A DNA stretch of 64,000 bases. Source: Eledone cirrhosa. Lineage: Eukaryota. The position numbers and the translations under genes are program-made. The DNA is taken from NCBI GenBank assembly GCA_964016885.1, contig OZ024744.1:111724001-111788000 (forward strand), read 5' to 3'. Shown here in pieces: positions 14,708 through 29,100 of this stretch. The notes beneath the pieces are model-generated. The model saw only the letters and a program-made list of their open reading frames with translations, was not told where the DNA came from and searched no databases. Within the stretch, counting starts at the first letter, position 1. Every line of letters starts with the position of its first letter.

Positions 14708-15002
14708 AATGTCGTAATGCAGACAGCCAGACATACAGACAGATATTATAAGGGCGCAATGTCGTAGTTATGTATCTATCTAAAAAGACAGACTAAGGAA
14801 GATAGAGAGAGATCACTAAATCACCTAATGATGTCCCTAGGGCATTGAAAGTTTGAAATATTTTTTGCTCAAAACACTCACAGGACCATAAGTATTACAT
14901 GTGTAAAGTTTGAAAACAATCGGTTGGGTGGTTCTCGAGTTTTAGGGAGTCAAACAGACAGAGAGCTAGACAGACAGACATTCTCTGTTTTAGATATATA
15001 GA
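14708..15002 (-). mobile_element. Helitron 5' fragment
   Basis: Minus strand begins A|TCTATATATCTAAAAC..(GTCT)n; same family as 25297-26157 and 52486-53060. Confidence 0.75.
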
Positions 15003-15849
15003 TAATATTAATCATGAAAAGCATATGAAAAGAAATGTTTTGTTGAAGAACGAAATGCATAACCTAGTCCAAGAATTGAACCTGTAAACTTTTGATCATG
15101 AGTTTAGCACCCTAACCACAATGCTATGATATTTCTAGCAGGTTGAGAGATCCAAGAGTGGCTAACATGGTTATTGTTGTTGCTACAGCTCACACCTATG
15201 TAGTTTTAGCTGGTCTCCTACAAGGTTGCGTCTCATAGGAGGTTTTGGGGGTGTTTTAATGATAGGGACTGCAGTCCTATCATGGAAAAACTCTCTCCCT
15301 GAATGGACACTAGCCCATTGCAGAGGTTACACCCAAGCTACAATGGTGGAACGCATTTTTCTTTTCAGCTGAGTGAATGGAGCAACCTGGAATAAAGCAT
15401 CTTGCTAAAAGCGGCAATGTATCAGCCTGTTCAGGTATTGAACAGGTATATCAATATACTCATGACACAAACCACAAGGCCACAAACCCCCATCGTATTC
15501 TATGTTATTTTATGAGTTCACTAGGAAACCCATTTTCTAAAGCTTGCTTATATCACACACACACATACAATACCGAAAATCAAACAACAACAACAACCAT
15601 AACAACAACAGCAGTAACAATAACAATAGTAACAATAATAACAGTAACAACAATAACAACAACAACAAACAAACAATAGAGATGAAACATAAACAACAAA
15701 GAGAGTTGATGTACCAAGGCCACCAATCATGAAATATTAGATGTCCTTCAAGATTAACTTTCTCAGCTAAACAATAGATGGCGGTGGGGTTGATGTGTTC
15801 AACACCCACATACTATTTGTTGGAATAAAAGATCACTGTTGAATAATAA

Positions 15850-16415
15850 TAATAATGATGATTTCTGTATTGACCACAAAGGGTTTACAAAAAAATACAT
15901 TAAGGACAGCACAGGACGGTACATTGCAAGTTTCTGCATGTAAAAAGACAAAACAAGAAAAGATAACAAACAACTTAAAATTAAAATAAAAGAAAATATT
16001 CCCCAATAGAGGGTAGACCGAGGGTTACTTGAGGAGAAAGCCCACAAAAGCCACAGTCACCCTGACCACTAGGGCAAGCACCCTCTCCCAGTTTTCCTCC
16101 CTCAATACTACAGGCACATGCTCAGGGCAAGGCCGATTAACATGGGCCTTTTGTGCCTCTCTCACCCACCTTTCAACAAATTGCTTTGAAAGCAGCACTT
16201 CCCTCTCCACCCGGATTTTCCTTTTCAGGTAAAACCTGAAAAAGTTAATGAGAATATCACCTAAGAGGAAAGTGCCCATCTTCAACCCTCTCAACTGCAT
16301 CCACCATACGACTTCTTGTACCATGGCCACCAGTCAGATAAAAACTGCCTACGTTTCATGGTTAAAGGAGGGTGGCAGGGCAATCTTCATGATAGACTCA
16401 GCTGATAATAACGGT
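15850..16415 (-). mobile_element. Probable Tx1/L1-like LINE 3' end
   Basis: ORF 16025-16330 VVWW..R..LINFFRFYLKRKIRVER..F.ERW, then T-rich 3'UTR and (ATT)n. Confidence 0.5.
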
Positions 16416-16449
16416 TTCGATTGAGGCAATTTTGTGGAAGTGGAAATTC

Positions 16450-16602
16450 AATTAAATCGACCCCAGTGCATTACTGGTACTTTATTTTATCAACCTCGTA
16501 AGGATGAAAGGTAAAGCTAACCTTGATGGATTTGCACTCAGGACGTAAAGGGACGTAACTATGCTGCAAAGCATCTTGTCCAACGCTCTACCGATACTGT
16601 CT
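16450..16602 (-). mobile_element. Nin/Deu SINE, diverged
   Basis: Similar to 24863-25047. Confidence 0.7.
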
Positions 16603-16605
16603 CGT

Positions 16606-17162
16606 CTTCTCCTTTCTCAGTAACCCTTGTATTTTAGTGACTTTATTGCCTTGCTAGGGATTATGTTCTCCCTTCTCAGTAACCCCTTATATTTTAGTGA
16701 CTTTATTGCCTACCTTCGGATTATGTTCTCTTTGTCTTATCCTTCTCCCTTCTCAGTAACCCCTTATATTTTAGTGACTTTATTGCCTACCTTCGAATTA
16801 TGTTCTCCCTTCTCAGTAACCCCTTATATTTTAGTGGCTTTATTGCCTTACTGGGGATTATGTTCTCCCTGTTTTGTCCTTCTCTCTTCTCAGTAGCCCC
16901 TTGTATTTAGTGGCTTTATTGCCTTACTTGGGACTATGTTCTCTCTGTCTTGCCCTTCTCCCTTCTCAGTAACCCCTTATATTTTAGTGGCTTTATTGCC
17001 ACCCTTCGGATTATGTTCTCTCTGTCTTGTCCTTCTCCCTTCTCAGTAACTCCTTATATTTTAGTGACTTTATTGCCTTGCTAGGGATTATGTGCTCCCT
17101 GTTTTGTCCTCCCTTCTCTGTAACCCCTTGTATGTTAGTGGCTTTATTGTCTTGCTAGGGAT
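16606..17162. repeat. Minisatellite, units of about 57-75 bp
   Basis: CCCTTCTCAGTAACCCCTTATATTTTAGTGACTTTATTGCC repeated about 8 times. Confidence 0.9.
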
Positions 17163-17379
17163 GAGCAAATAAAAAAAATTGTGAATCTACCACCCAAAAG
17201 ACAATATTGAAAAACATTATAAAGTAGACTTACTCTGAAGCTTCTTTAATCCTTTGCAGGGGTAACAATGCTGGACTAGTTTTGCTGATACTCCCTAAAG
17301 GTACATTGGTATAGTCATCAGGATCTGTTAAAATCAAAACAAGCAAAAATAAATTTTATATTATCCGAAGAAAGCTTGG

Positions 17380-17845
17380 AGTGAAGTGAGATGCAAAGGA
17401 GGTTAAACTGGTTTGGTCATGTGATAAGGAGTGGAGTTGATAGAAAGTTCTATAAATGTGAATTTCCTGGGAAAGGGCCACATGGTAGACCTCCTATGAG
17501 ATGGAACACTGGTATACCACTGCTGTCCACACTGGTATACCACAGCTGTCCACACTGGTATGCCACCACTGTCCACACTGGCATACCACTGTTGTCCACA
17601 CTGGTATACCACTGCTATCCACACTAGTATACCACTGTCCACACTGGCATGCCAATGTCCACACTAGTATACCACCACTGTCCACACTAGTATACTACTG
17701 TTTACACTAATATACCATCACTGTCCACACTGGTATACCACTGACCACACTGGTATACCACCGCTGTCCACACTAGTATACCACTGTCGTCCACACTGGT
17801 ATACCACCACTGTCCACACTGGTATACCACTGCTGTCCACACTGG
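17380..17845 (+). repeat. RTE C-terminal fragment ending in a 21-24-bp minisatellite (17506-17845)
   Basis: RRLNWFGHVIR..GRPPMRW, then (CACACTGGTATACCACTGCTGTC)n. Confidence 0.8.
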
Positions 17846-18209
17846 AAATGATTGCTCTGAACAGGAAGAAGTGGAAAGGTTTTGTGGACATGAAGTGTGC
17901 AAGGATCTTGTTAGGATTATGCTATTGAGATGAGATGAGGAGCTTTTGTTTTTTATATTTTGCTATTTTTGTAGCGTATTTTAACTAAAAGCTTTTCATT
18001 AGAATCAATTCATGCGTTTTGTTTTATAAGTTTTTAATTATTCATGCATTCCGTAACCAGAGAGCAATTGGTATTTGCTGTACACACATTTTGTGGTTTT
18101 GTGGTTTGTTTTTCTTGGTCTTATATCCATATAACTAGATTACAGTTTATATTTCGTTTCTGAATTTGTTTAGCAAGATTCTTTATCTGAAAACGTGTGT
18201 TGAAACCGA

Positions 18210-18393
18210 TATTGTTATACTTTGGGAGGGTCATGAACAACCAGATGGTTGTGGAACCAACCAACCAACCAACCAACCGGAAATTTATAAATTCCTAAAT
18301 TTATAAATTTAATTTATTATAATAAATTTAAGTGAAAGCAACTGGTGCGAGTGTTTCTTATTGGCAACATGACCCTCCCAAAGTATAACAATA
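18210..18393 (+). mobile_element. PLE family B tail with 26-bp inverted end duplication
   Basis: Perfect inverted repeat 18210-18235/18368-18393; interior is the reverse complement of 33123-33268. Confidence 0.75.
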
Positions 18394-18769
18394 CTGTTTA
18401 TATTGTTCTACAGTAATAGTCTACAAATGACCAATGTGATATAAATTTCACTGCAAACATGAAAGTTGTGATCACCATAAATAAAATTGTTACATTGGTC
18501 ACATAAGCACAACACTTTCATGTTAGTTAACCATGCACTTATAACAATATAGGTTACGATGGAATTAGACAGCAACATTACAATTCCCAATAGAATTCCA
18601 CACCCAAACTATAGAGGCTGTACTAATATCAAAATATAAACCAACAACGATGATGATGATGATGATGATGATGATGAATCTATGATTTCCCACCACTCCC
18701 ATGATCCTTTGCAGCCACTGCCAAGCATGTAACCAATATGCTATTATTATTAGGTTGAAAGGCAAAGTC

Positions 18770-19182
18770 CCGCCGAGGTTGACTTTGCCTTTCATCCTTA
18801 CGGGGTCGATAAAATAAAGTACCAGTAATGCACTGGGTAATTGCTGGCCTTGTGCCTAAAGTAGAAACAATTATTAGGTTTAACTTTGCCTTTCATCTTT
18901 ACGGGGTCGATAAAATAAAGTACCAGTAATGTACTAGGATAATTGCTGGCCTTGTGCCAAAAGTAGAAACAATTATTAGTATGGAAATAGGTGGTGGATT
19001 GGCAGTATCGGTAGAGGGTCGGACGCCATGCCTTGACGCAAACAATTACGGCCCTTTCCATTCTGAGTTCAAATCCCGCCGAGGTTAACTTTTCCTTTCA
19101 TCCTTACGGGGTCCGATAAAATAAAGTACCAGTAATGTACTGGGTAATTTGCTGGCCTTGTGCCAAAAGTAGAAACAATTAC
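18770..19182 (+). mobile_element. Three tandem Nin/Deu SINE copies (two 5'-truncated, one full)
   Basis: Repeated CTTTCATCCTTACGGGGTCGATAAAATAAAGTACC. Confidence 0.85.
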
Positions 19183-19366
19183 TGGTATGAAAATGGAGCT
19201 ATGCATACCTATAAACAACAACATGGCAAATTGATCCAGTCAAAGTATCCTGGGTATGCAACAATATATTGCAAAGTTCTACTCTTCATGTAAGATACTT
19301 GTTCCTCAAGACACATACACACAAACATACATACACACACACACACATATATACACATACACAAAT

Positions 19367-19712
19367 GGAGGCACATGGCTTAGTGGTTAGAGCATTGGCC
19401 TTGCAATCGAAAGGTTGGGAGTTCAATTCTCAGACCAGGCGATGTGTTGTTTACTTGAGCAAGACACTTTATTTCACATTGCTCCAGTTTACTCAGCTGT
19501 AGAAATGAGATTATAGGGACTGGGGTCCATATCATTCCACTGCAAAGTGGTCGTGGAGGTGCCACGGCAAAAAAAAGCACCCAGCACTCACTGTGAATGA
19601 GGTTGGTGTTAGGAAGGGCATCCAGCTGTAGAAATCAAGCCAGAATCAGTTCCCGTCCCACCCTTGCAAGCAGGGTAAAAGCGGACGTAAAATGAAATGA
19701 AATGATGATGAA
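19367..19712 (+). mobile_element. CORE-type SINE
   Basis: Near-identical to 13401-13745. Confidence 0.88.
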
Positions 19713-20728
19713 ACATATGTACATATGAATATGTACATGCACATATACATGTACATACATATACATGTACATACATATATATACATACATACATACACAC
19801 ATACATACATACATGCATGCATGCACACACATTTATACATACATATACATACATACATATACATACATACATACATACATACATACATACACATACATAC
19901 ATACATAGGTAGCACCTGGATATTTAGAAATCTTAACTAACTCTACGCTCTGCACCCCTTTCTCCCAAATATAATAATTTCAACTTACAGCAAGCTGACA
20001 AACCTAGTTTTTGACATTTCTTGCTCTGACCTCACTATGAAATTACTAAGACTTCCTTTTTCACTTCAGAGCCAACACTCACCAGGTACCTACGTAGTTG
20101 GCCTTAATGATAGCACCGACCCTACATACATATGTGTGTGTGCACACACAACAGATGAACAGTTATAATCTTCATATAAACAATAACAAATGATATATAT
20201 CTATTAATAACAAGCCTGAGGTGAGCCAATAATGGAATCTCTATGTAGTCGCATGTTCTACTAGCAATAGCAACCAAATCCTGCTCTCTAAAGTTAAACA
20301 CTTCTGCCATTACCCTTTCATTACCATATTTCCATCTAACCCATGCTAGCGTGGAAGAATGGACATAAAATGGTGATGATGATGATGGTGATGATGATGA
20401 TGATATCCAATGAAATATGCAGCCCATTGTTTAATATATTTGGAAAATATTGAAACATTTTTGAGAATTTAGTCAAATACAAAACATTTTTATTATTGAT
20501 CCTCCTATTACCATTTTTCTAATGAAAGACACTGCCTATGATCTTGAAAATAATAACAAATTAGAATGAATTTAGTAATATAATTAATTTTCCTATTATT
20601 AAACTGGCTAGCCTCATAACATGACAACCTGTCCAACCCATGCAAGGATGAAAAACAGACATTAAATGATGATGTTGATGTTTGGAACATAATAGTTCTT
20701 ACGTAAAATCATGACACAAGGTGGTAAG

Positions 20729-20983
20729 GAACTCTGAGGAGAGCTGGACAACAGAAGGTCTTCAGGGAAGAAACTCTGAGGAGAGCTGGACAACAGAAGG
20801 TCTTCAGAGAAGAAACTCTCAGGAGAGCTGGACAACAGAAGGTCTTCAGAGAAGAAACTGTCAGGAGAGCTGGACAACAGAAGGTCTTCAGAGAAGAAAC
20901 TGTCAGGAGAGCTGGACAACAGGAGGTCTTCAGAGAAGAAACTGAGGAGAGCTGGATAACAGGAGGTCTTCAGGGAAGAAACT
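20729..20983. repeat. 42-bp minisatellite, about 6 units, upstream of an RTE-type tail
   Basis: AACTCTGAGGAGAGCTGGACAACAGAAGGTCTTCAGAGAAGA repeats. Confidence 0.9.
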
Positions 20984-21118
20984 ATCACAAAGGGACAGCC
21001 TGTCCTACCCATGCTAGCATGGAAAATGGACTTTAAACGATGATGATGATATATATATTGCCAGTTTTCCTGTTTTCCTTCGGTTGCAACGTTTTTCGAA
21101 ATATTTACTTCTGCATTT

Positions 21119-21194
21119 ACAGATTGATTTTTTTAGTTTCAGAAGATCCCGTTAAGGATGAAAGCAGCGATTCTTTGCTTAAACTTTAATCTGT
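21119..21194 (+). ncRNA. Hammerhead-like motif, family A
   Basis: ACAGAUUGA..AGUUU-CAGAAGA-UCCCGUUAAGGAU-GAA-AGCAG cgauucu UUGCU-U-AAACU-UUAAUCUGU. Confidence 0.65.
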
Positions 21195-21196
21195 TA

Positions 21197-21239
<43 letters not shown>

Positions 21240-22485
21240 CTGTATGTGGTTGACAGCTGAGAGAAAGGAGTACTCAATATCAAAGTAGAGTTTTAATATT
21301 CATTTTATTAAGGCTAAATAGTGAGTCTTGTTCTGAAGTTTCTTCCTGTATTTAAGGTCGAGTGACGCAACTTTGAGTGATCAGCGGCTTTTAGACTCAC
21401 CTGATCAATGAAACAATTGTTAATACTGTAAATAAAGCACTTTTTGTACAGCCGACCATATTTCACTACTATTACTCCAAGAATAACCTACATGGGAATT
21501 CTCGCAAACTTGCCACCTAACTAAGGAAACCTCTTGTTGAGTCAAACAACGCTGTACGCTAAAACTATCCATAGTACAGAGTGCTCAACCTCTAACTGGA
21601 TTACCTAAAACGATAACTTGTTATCCCATATACATATATATATATATATGTATATGTGTGGAAAAGCAGATGTAAAAAACGATGATGATGATGAAATATC
21701 TTCACACACATTATTTAATGACCTCTGCAGACTACCACAATATTTCCAACAAAACATGTTTTTGTAGTCAAAACTAAACAGATACATAATGTGTGTGTAT
21801 GTGTATACATGTGTGTATACATGTATGTATAAATGTATGTATGTTATGTTTATGTTTCCTTAAACAACAGTTCATTATACACACATGGTTCATAATATTT
21901 CATGGAAACTAGCAAAATAAAGTTGGAGGCCTCTCTCTCCCCAAAGGGCCCGTGTGTGGGGGGAGGGGGTGCATGTGTAGATACACAGACTGACAGTATA
22001 TACACAGAAGACAGACATAGATAGGGTCTCTTCTAAATAATCTGTTAAATATTTTGTAAAATGAAATATTTGAGAATGATTCCAAATTACATATATATAT
22101 CTGTATAAACTCAAATGATGATGAAGATGATGATATATGTTTATATATCTGTATAAACTCAAATATAAGCTGCCTCCCCCCCCCCCTATTTTATGTCTGA
22201 GAAATGGGCAAAAAACCAAACCCCTGTTTATAACCCGAGGTAGTTAATCAACACATTATGTTTAGATGGAGTGGTTTTAAAATTCTCATAAGTAGAATAT
22301 ATTTATCATATTTTAGTATTTGGATATCTAAAATGTGTTAAGTGTCTTTAGGGTTAGGATATAGTTTCACAATTACATTACCAATGATTTTTTACCAATT
22401 TCTGAATATTTTGAAATATTCTTTCAAAACAACAAAAACAATAGGAAATACAAATTTCACGTTGATAGTAAAACCAGTGTGATAG

Positions 22486-24002
22486 TCCCCTCCAAAGTGA
22501 AACAGGTGTAATATTCACCTCCAAAGTGAAACTGGTGTAATATTCACCTCCAAAGTGAAACTGGTGTAATATTCACATCCACATCCAAAGTGAAACAGGT
22601 GTAATATTCACCTCCAAAGTGAAATAGGTGTAATATTCACCTCCAAAGTGAAACTGGTGTAATATTCCCCGCCAAAGTGAAACAGGTGTAATATTCCCCT
22701 CCAAAGTGAAACAGGTGTAATATTCCCCTCCAAAGTGAAACTGGTGTAATATTCCCCGCCAAAGTGAAACTGGTGTAATATTCCCCTCCAAAGTGAAACT
22801 GGTGTAATATTCACCTCCAAAGTGAAACTGGTGTAATATTCACCTCCAAAGTGAAACAGGTGTAATATTCCCCTCCAAAGTGAAACAGGTGTAATATTCT
22901 CCTCCAAAGTGAAACTGGTGTAATATTCCCCGCCAAAGTGAAACAGGTGTAATATTCCCCTCCAAAGTGAAACTGGTGTAATATTCACCTCCAAAGTGAA
23001 ACAGGTGTAATATTCCCCTCCAAAGTGAAACAGGTGTAATATCACCCCCAAAGTGAAACTGGTATAATATTCACCCCCAAAGTGAAACTGGTATAATATT
23101 CCCCTCCAAAGTATAACAGGTATAATATTCACCCCCAAAGTGAAACAGGTGTAATATTCCCCTCCAAAGTGAAACAGGTGTAATATTCCCCTCCAAAGTA
23201 TAACAGGTGTAATATTCACCTCCAAAGTGAAACTGGTGTAATATTGACCTCCAAAGTGAAACTGGTGTAATATTGACCACCAAAGTATAACAGGTATAAT
23301 ATTGACCATTAAAGTATAACAGGTGTAATATTGACCTCCAAAGTATAACAGGTGTAATATTGACCACCAAAGTATAACAGGTATAATATTGACCATTAAA
23401 GTATAACAGGTGTAATATTGACCTCCAAAGTATAACAGGTGTAATATTGACCACCAAAGTATAACAGGTATAATATTGACCACCAAAGTATAACAGGTGT
23501 AATATTGACCACCTAAGTATAACAGGTGTAATATTGACCACCTAAGTATAACAGGTGTAATATTGACCTCCAAAGTGAAACAGGTGTAATATTCTGCTCC
23601 AAAGTGAAACAGGTGTAATATTGACCACCAAAGTATAACAGGTGTAATATTGACCACCTAAGTATAACAGGTGTAATATTGACCACCAAAGTATAACAGG
23701 TGTAATATTGACCTCCAAAGTGAAACAGGTGTAATATTGACCACCAAAGTATAACAGGTGTAATATTGACCTCCAAAGTGAAACAGGTGTAATATTGACC
23801 ACCAAAGTATAACAGGTGTAATATTGACCTCCAAAGTATAACAGGTGTAATATTGACCACCTAAGTATAACAGGTGTAATATTGACCTCCAAAGTGAAAC
23901 AGGTGTAATATTCTGCTCCAAAGTGAAACAGGTGTAATATTCTGCTCCAAAGTGAAACAGGTGTAATATTGACCACCAAAGTATAACAGGTGTAATATTG
24001 AC
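22486..24002. repeat. 29-bp minisatellite, about 52 units
   Basis: CCAAAGTGAAACAGGTGTAATATTCACCT with a left-to-right variant gradient. Confidence 0.97.
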
Positions 24003-24165
24003 CATTCTGGGGATGGGGACATCTTCTCCATACTCATTTCATCACGGTTGCAAAGGCATTTGTTCTGAAGTATGGCATACTGCCAAATATTTTGACCCTG
24101 GGTTATATTTGTTAAGTTTGCTTTCTTAGGTCTTCTTCCACAGGTTCTTTTCACTTCAAAGTGAT
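24003..24165 (-). CDS. Candidate host-gene exon, Cys-containing and weakly WSC-like
   Basis: TACAG acceptor, open frame HFEVKRTCGRRPKKANLTNITQGQNIWQYAILQNKCLCNRDEMSMEKMSPSPE, weak GT donor; non-repetitive in the window. Confidence 0.35.
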
Positions 24166-24287
24166 CTGTATTTTAGAACTCAATGTGCTATCAGTCTTGC
24201 CACTGAGGAGGTAAGAGGGTACATTCCATTAGTCTCTTTAGATTCAGTTTGTATGTATGTATGTATGTATGTATAGCCTCCAATTAA

Positions 24288-24492
24288 CCCTTTAGTATTT
24301 ACATTACTTTATATATAGTATTGTATTTTCATGGTAAACACTTTACTTCACATAATATCTAATCTATGAGATTTTGATATTTCTTTTGAGAACAATACCT
24401 TAACATAAGTATGAGCAGCCAGTTACAGCCAGTTTAAGCAGAAAGAGGTGAGAGAATTCTGGCCAGATATGGGTGGTTTAAATGCTGAAGGT
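24288..24492. mobile_element. piggyBac-like MITE
   Basis: TTAA|CCCTTTAGTATTTA ... TAAATGCTGAAGGT|TTAA. Confidence 0.65.
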
Positions 24493-24862
24493 TTAACTAG
24501 TGTGAATGTGAGTGAGGACACAGAATATGATTACAAAGGAGAACAATAGACAATGTAACATCATGATGAAATTCCTACACATTTCTGCAAAAAAAAAAAA
24601 CTCACGTCTTCGCAGCATATTCTGTTAATATGTCCAGATGAAGTGACTTATACTTTGAAAGATATATTACATAGTAATAATATACAACAGATGTTACATA
24701 ATAGGTGATCAACATATACAATAACCTCTCATCAACACCCATTACATAATATTAAGCAATGAAAACATATTACACAATGTACAATAATACATATTGAATA
24801 ATAATAATATATACATGCATATTAAATAGTAATGTGTCATCAATATATTACATAACACACAA

Positions 24863-25047
24863 GGGTGGTGGATTGGCAGTATCGGTAGAGGGTCGGACGT
24901 CATGCTTTCTAGCATAGTTACGTCCCTTTACGATCTGAGTTCAAATCCCGCCGAGGTTAACTTTACCTTTCATCCTTACGGGGTCGATAAAATAAAGTAC
25001 CAGTAATGAACTGGGTAATTGCTGGCCTTGTGCCTAAAGTAGAAACA
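24863..25047 (+). mobile_element. Full Nin/Deu SINE with 21-bp TSD
   Basis: TSD AATATATTACATAACACACAA at 24842-24862 and 25048-25068. Confidence 0.9.
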
Positions 25048-25084
25048 AATATATTACATAACACACAATCAACATATGTTACAT

Positions 25085-25272
25085 AATTGTTTCTTATTTT
25101 GGCACAAGGCCAGCAATTACCCAGTGTATTACTGGTACTTTATTTTATCGACCCCGTAAGGATGAAAGGCAAAGTCAACCTCGGCGGGATTTGAACTCAG
25201 ATCGTAAAGGGACGTAACTCTGCTGGAAAGCATGGCGTCCGACCCTCTACCGATACTGCCAATCCACCGCCC
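25085..25272 (-). mobile_element. Full Nin/Deu SINE, inverted relative to its neighbour
   Basis: Reverse complement of 24863-25047. Confidence 0.9.
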
Positions 25273-25296
25273 TTTGGATCACACATGTGACTGATA

Positions 25297-26157
25297 TCTA
25301 TAGTTATAAAACTGAGGATGTCTGTCTGTGTGTGTGGGTGAGTTTGAATCCCTAAAACTCAAGAACCACCCAACCGACTGTTTTCAAACTTTACACGTGT
25401 AATACTTATGTTTCAGGGAGTGTTCTGAGTGAAAAAATTTCAAATTTTCTATGCCCCAGGGACCACATTAGGCGATTTAGCGATCTCGCTCTATAATTCT
25501 TAGTCTTTCTCTTTTTAGATAGATACATACTTATAACGTCGCGCCCTTATAATATGTCTGTATGTCTGTCTGCATTACGTCACTTCCTTGAAGATGTGTG
25601 TGTGAGTTTGAATCCCTAAAACTTGAGAAGTACCCAACCGATTTTTTTCAAACTTTACATGTGTATTACTTATGTTTCAGGGAGTGTTGTGCATATAAAA
25701 TTCACTTTTTGTATCTCCTGGGGCCCTCATTAGGTGAAAAACTGCGTTGTTTAACATTTTTTAGGGGTTTTTTGAGGCGTTACATCAGACCGATTTCCTT
25801 GAAATTGTAACTATGTATTAGTCAGTCTCTTCTTCATACCGTAAGCAAAGAAAATCCAACTTTCTTATGGCCTAAGGGCGCGCATTAGGTGAATAACTTA
25901 ATTTTTTCAGCTTCTTAGGGCTTTTCAAGGCATATTATACACATAAAAAAAAAATCCATTTCTTGATCCTCTAAGCCCGCATTAGGTGAAAACCTGCATT
26001 TTTCCTGCTTCATCGAGGAAAATCTTAAAGATTATCCAGCCATCAGCGTATTCGGTTTATTTTCTTTACATATTGTCCACGCATGCAGTTTTTAGGTCTA
26101 TTGGCGGCCCGCGTTCCAAAATACCTTATCCCGTGCAACACCGGGTAACACTGCTAG
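25297..26157 (+). mobile_element. Non-autonomous Helitron with both termini
   Basis: A|TC start, subterminal hairpin CCCGTGCAACACCGGG, CTAG|T end, no TSD; flanks rejoin as GACTGATA|TATACTATA, one satellite unit. Confidence 0.88.
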
Positions 26158-29100
26158 TATACTATATAATATACAACATATATTGCACAACATGTGACTG
26201 ATATATACTATATAATATACAACATATATTACACAACATGTGACTGATATATACTATATAATATACAACATATATTACACATGTGACTGATATATACTAT
26301 ATAATATACAACATATATTGCACAACATGTGACTGATATATACTATATAATATACAACATATATTAGACAACATGTGACTGATATATACTATATAATATA
26401 CAACATATATTGCACAACATGTGACTGATATATACTATATAATATACAACATATATTACACATGTGACTGATATAAACTATATAATATACAACATATATT
26501 ACACATGTGACTGATATAAACTATATAATATACAACATATATTACACATGTGACTGATATATACTATATAATATACAACATATATTACACATGTGACTGA
26601 TATATACTATATAATATACAACATATATTACACAACATGTGACTGATATATACTATATAATATACAACATATATTACACATGTGACTGATATAAACTATA
26701 TAATATACAACATATATTACACATGTGACTGATATAAACTATATAATATACAACATATATTACACATGTGACTGATATATACTATATAATATACAACATA
26801 TATTACACATGTGACTGATATATACTATATAATATACAACATATATTACACAACATGTGACTGATATATACTATATAATATACAACATATATTACACATG
26901 TGACTGATATATACTATATAATATACAACATATATTACACATGTGACTGATATATACTATATAATATACAACATATATTACACAACATGTGACTGATATA
27001 TACTATATAATATACAACATATATTACACATGTGACTGATATATACTATATAATATACAACATATATTACACATGTGACTGATATATACTATATAATATA
27101 CAACATATATTACACATGTGACTGATATATACTATATAATATACAACATATATTGCACAACATGTGACTGATATATACTATATAATATACAACATATATT
27201 AGACAACATGTAACCGATATATACTATATAATATACAACATATATTACACAACATGTGACTGATATATACTATATAATATACAACATATATTAGACAACA
27301 TGTAACCGATATATACTATATAATATACAACATATATTACACAACATGTGACTGATATATACTATATAATATACAACATATATTACACATGTGACTGATA
27401 TAAACTATATAATATACAACATATATTACACATGTGACTGATATAAACTATATAATATACAACATATATTACACATGTGACTGATATATACTATATAATA
27501 TACAACATATATTACACATGTGACTGATATATACTATATAATATACAACATATATTACACAACATGTGACTGATATATACTATATAATATACAACATATA
27601 TTACACATGTGACTGATATATACTATATAATATACAACATATATTAGACAACATGTAACCGATATATACTATATAATATACAACATATATTACACATGCG
27701 ACTGATATATACTATATAATATACAACATATATTACACAACATGTGACTGATATATACTATATAATATACAACATATATTGCACAACATGTGACTGATAT
27801 ATACTATATAATATACAACATATATTACACATGTGACTGATATAAACTATATAATATACAACATATATTACACATGTGACTGATATATACTATATAATAT
27901 ACAACATATATTACACATGTGACTGATATATACTATATAATATACAACATATATTACACATGTGACTGATATATACTATATAATATACAACATATATTAC
28001 ACATGTGACTGATATATACTATATAATATACAACATATATTACACATGTGACTGATATATACTATATAATATACAACATATATTGCACAACATGTGACTG
28101 ATATATACTATATAATATACAACATATATTAGACAACATGTAACCGATATATACTATATAATATACAACATATATTACACAACATGTGACTGATATATAC
28201 TATATAATATACAACATATATTAGACAACATGTAACCGATATATACTATATAATATACAACATATATTACACAACATGTGACTGATATATACTATATAAT
28301 ATACAACATATATTACACAACATGTGACTGATATATACTATATAATATACAACATATATTACACATGTGACTGATATATACTATATAATATACAACATAT
28401 ATTACACATGTGACTGATATATACTATATAATATACAACATATATTATACATGTGACTGATATATACTATATAATATACAACATATATTACACATGTGAC
28501 TGATATATACTATATAATATACAACATATATTACACATGTGACTGATATATACTATATAATATACAACATATATTACACAACATGTGACTGATATATACT
28601 ATATAATATACAACATATATTACACAACATGTGACTGATATATACTATATAATATACAACATATATTACACAACATGTGACTGATATATACTATATAATA
28701 TACAACATATATTACACAACATGTGACCGATATATACTATATAATATACAACATATATTACACAACATGTGACTAATATATACTATATAATATACAACAT
28801 ATATTGCACATGTGACTGATATATACTATATAATATACAACATATATTGCACAACATGTGACTAATATATACTATATAATATACAACATATATTACACAT
28901 GTGACTGATATATACTATATAATATACAACATATATTACACATGTGACTGATATATACTATATAATATACAACATATATTACACATGTGACTGATATATA
29001 CTATATAATATACAACATATATTGCACAACATGTGACTAATATATACTATATAATATACAACATATATTGCACAACATGTGACTAATATATACTATATAA

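Noticed and set aside
18181-18212. Degenerate CTGA..GAAACCGAT hammerhead-like string (similar relics near 34200-34250 and 35370-35460)
   Set aside because: Core nucleotides are missing; cannot be distinguished from chance by eye.
20511-20555. 31-nt micro-exon on the minus strand
   Set aside because: The same sequence occurs inside the piggyBac-like MITE at about 41845-41878.
20662-21012. Ser-rich repeat protein from the 42-bp unit
   Set aside because: Lies against an RTE-type tail with no splice or start context.
21311-21400. Hammerhead on the minus strand (GTGAGTCT/AGACTCAC stem, CUGAUCA..GAAA)
   Set aside because: G8 is lost, with no convincing stem II or proximal stem I; at best a decayed relic.
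22573-24005. 349-aa and related ORFs in the 29-bp array
   Set aside because: Unit length is not a multiple of 3 and all frames cycle the same peptides.
24627-24668. CAGAUGA..GAAA enclosed by an 8-bp stem
   Set aside because: No room for stem III or a cleavage triplet; single copy.
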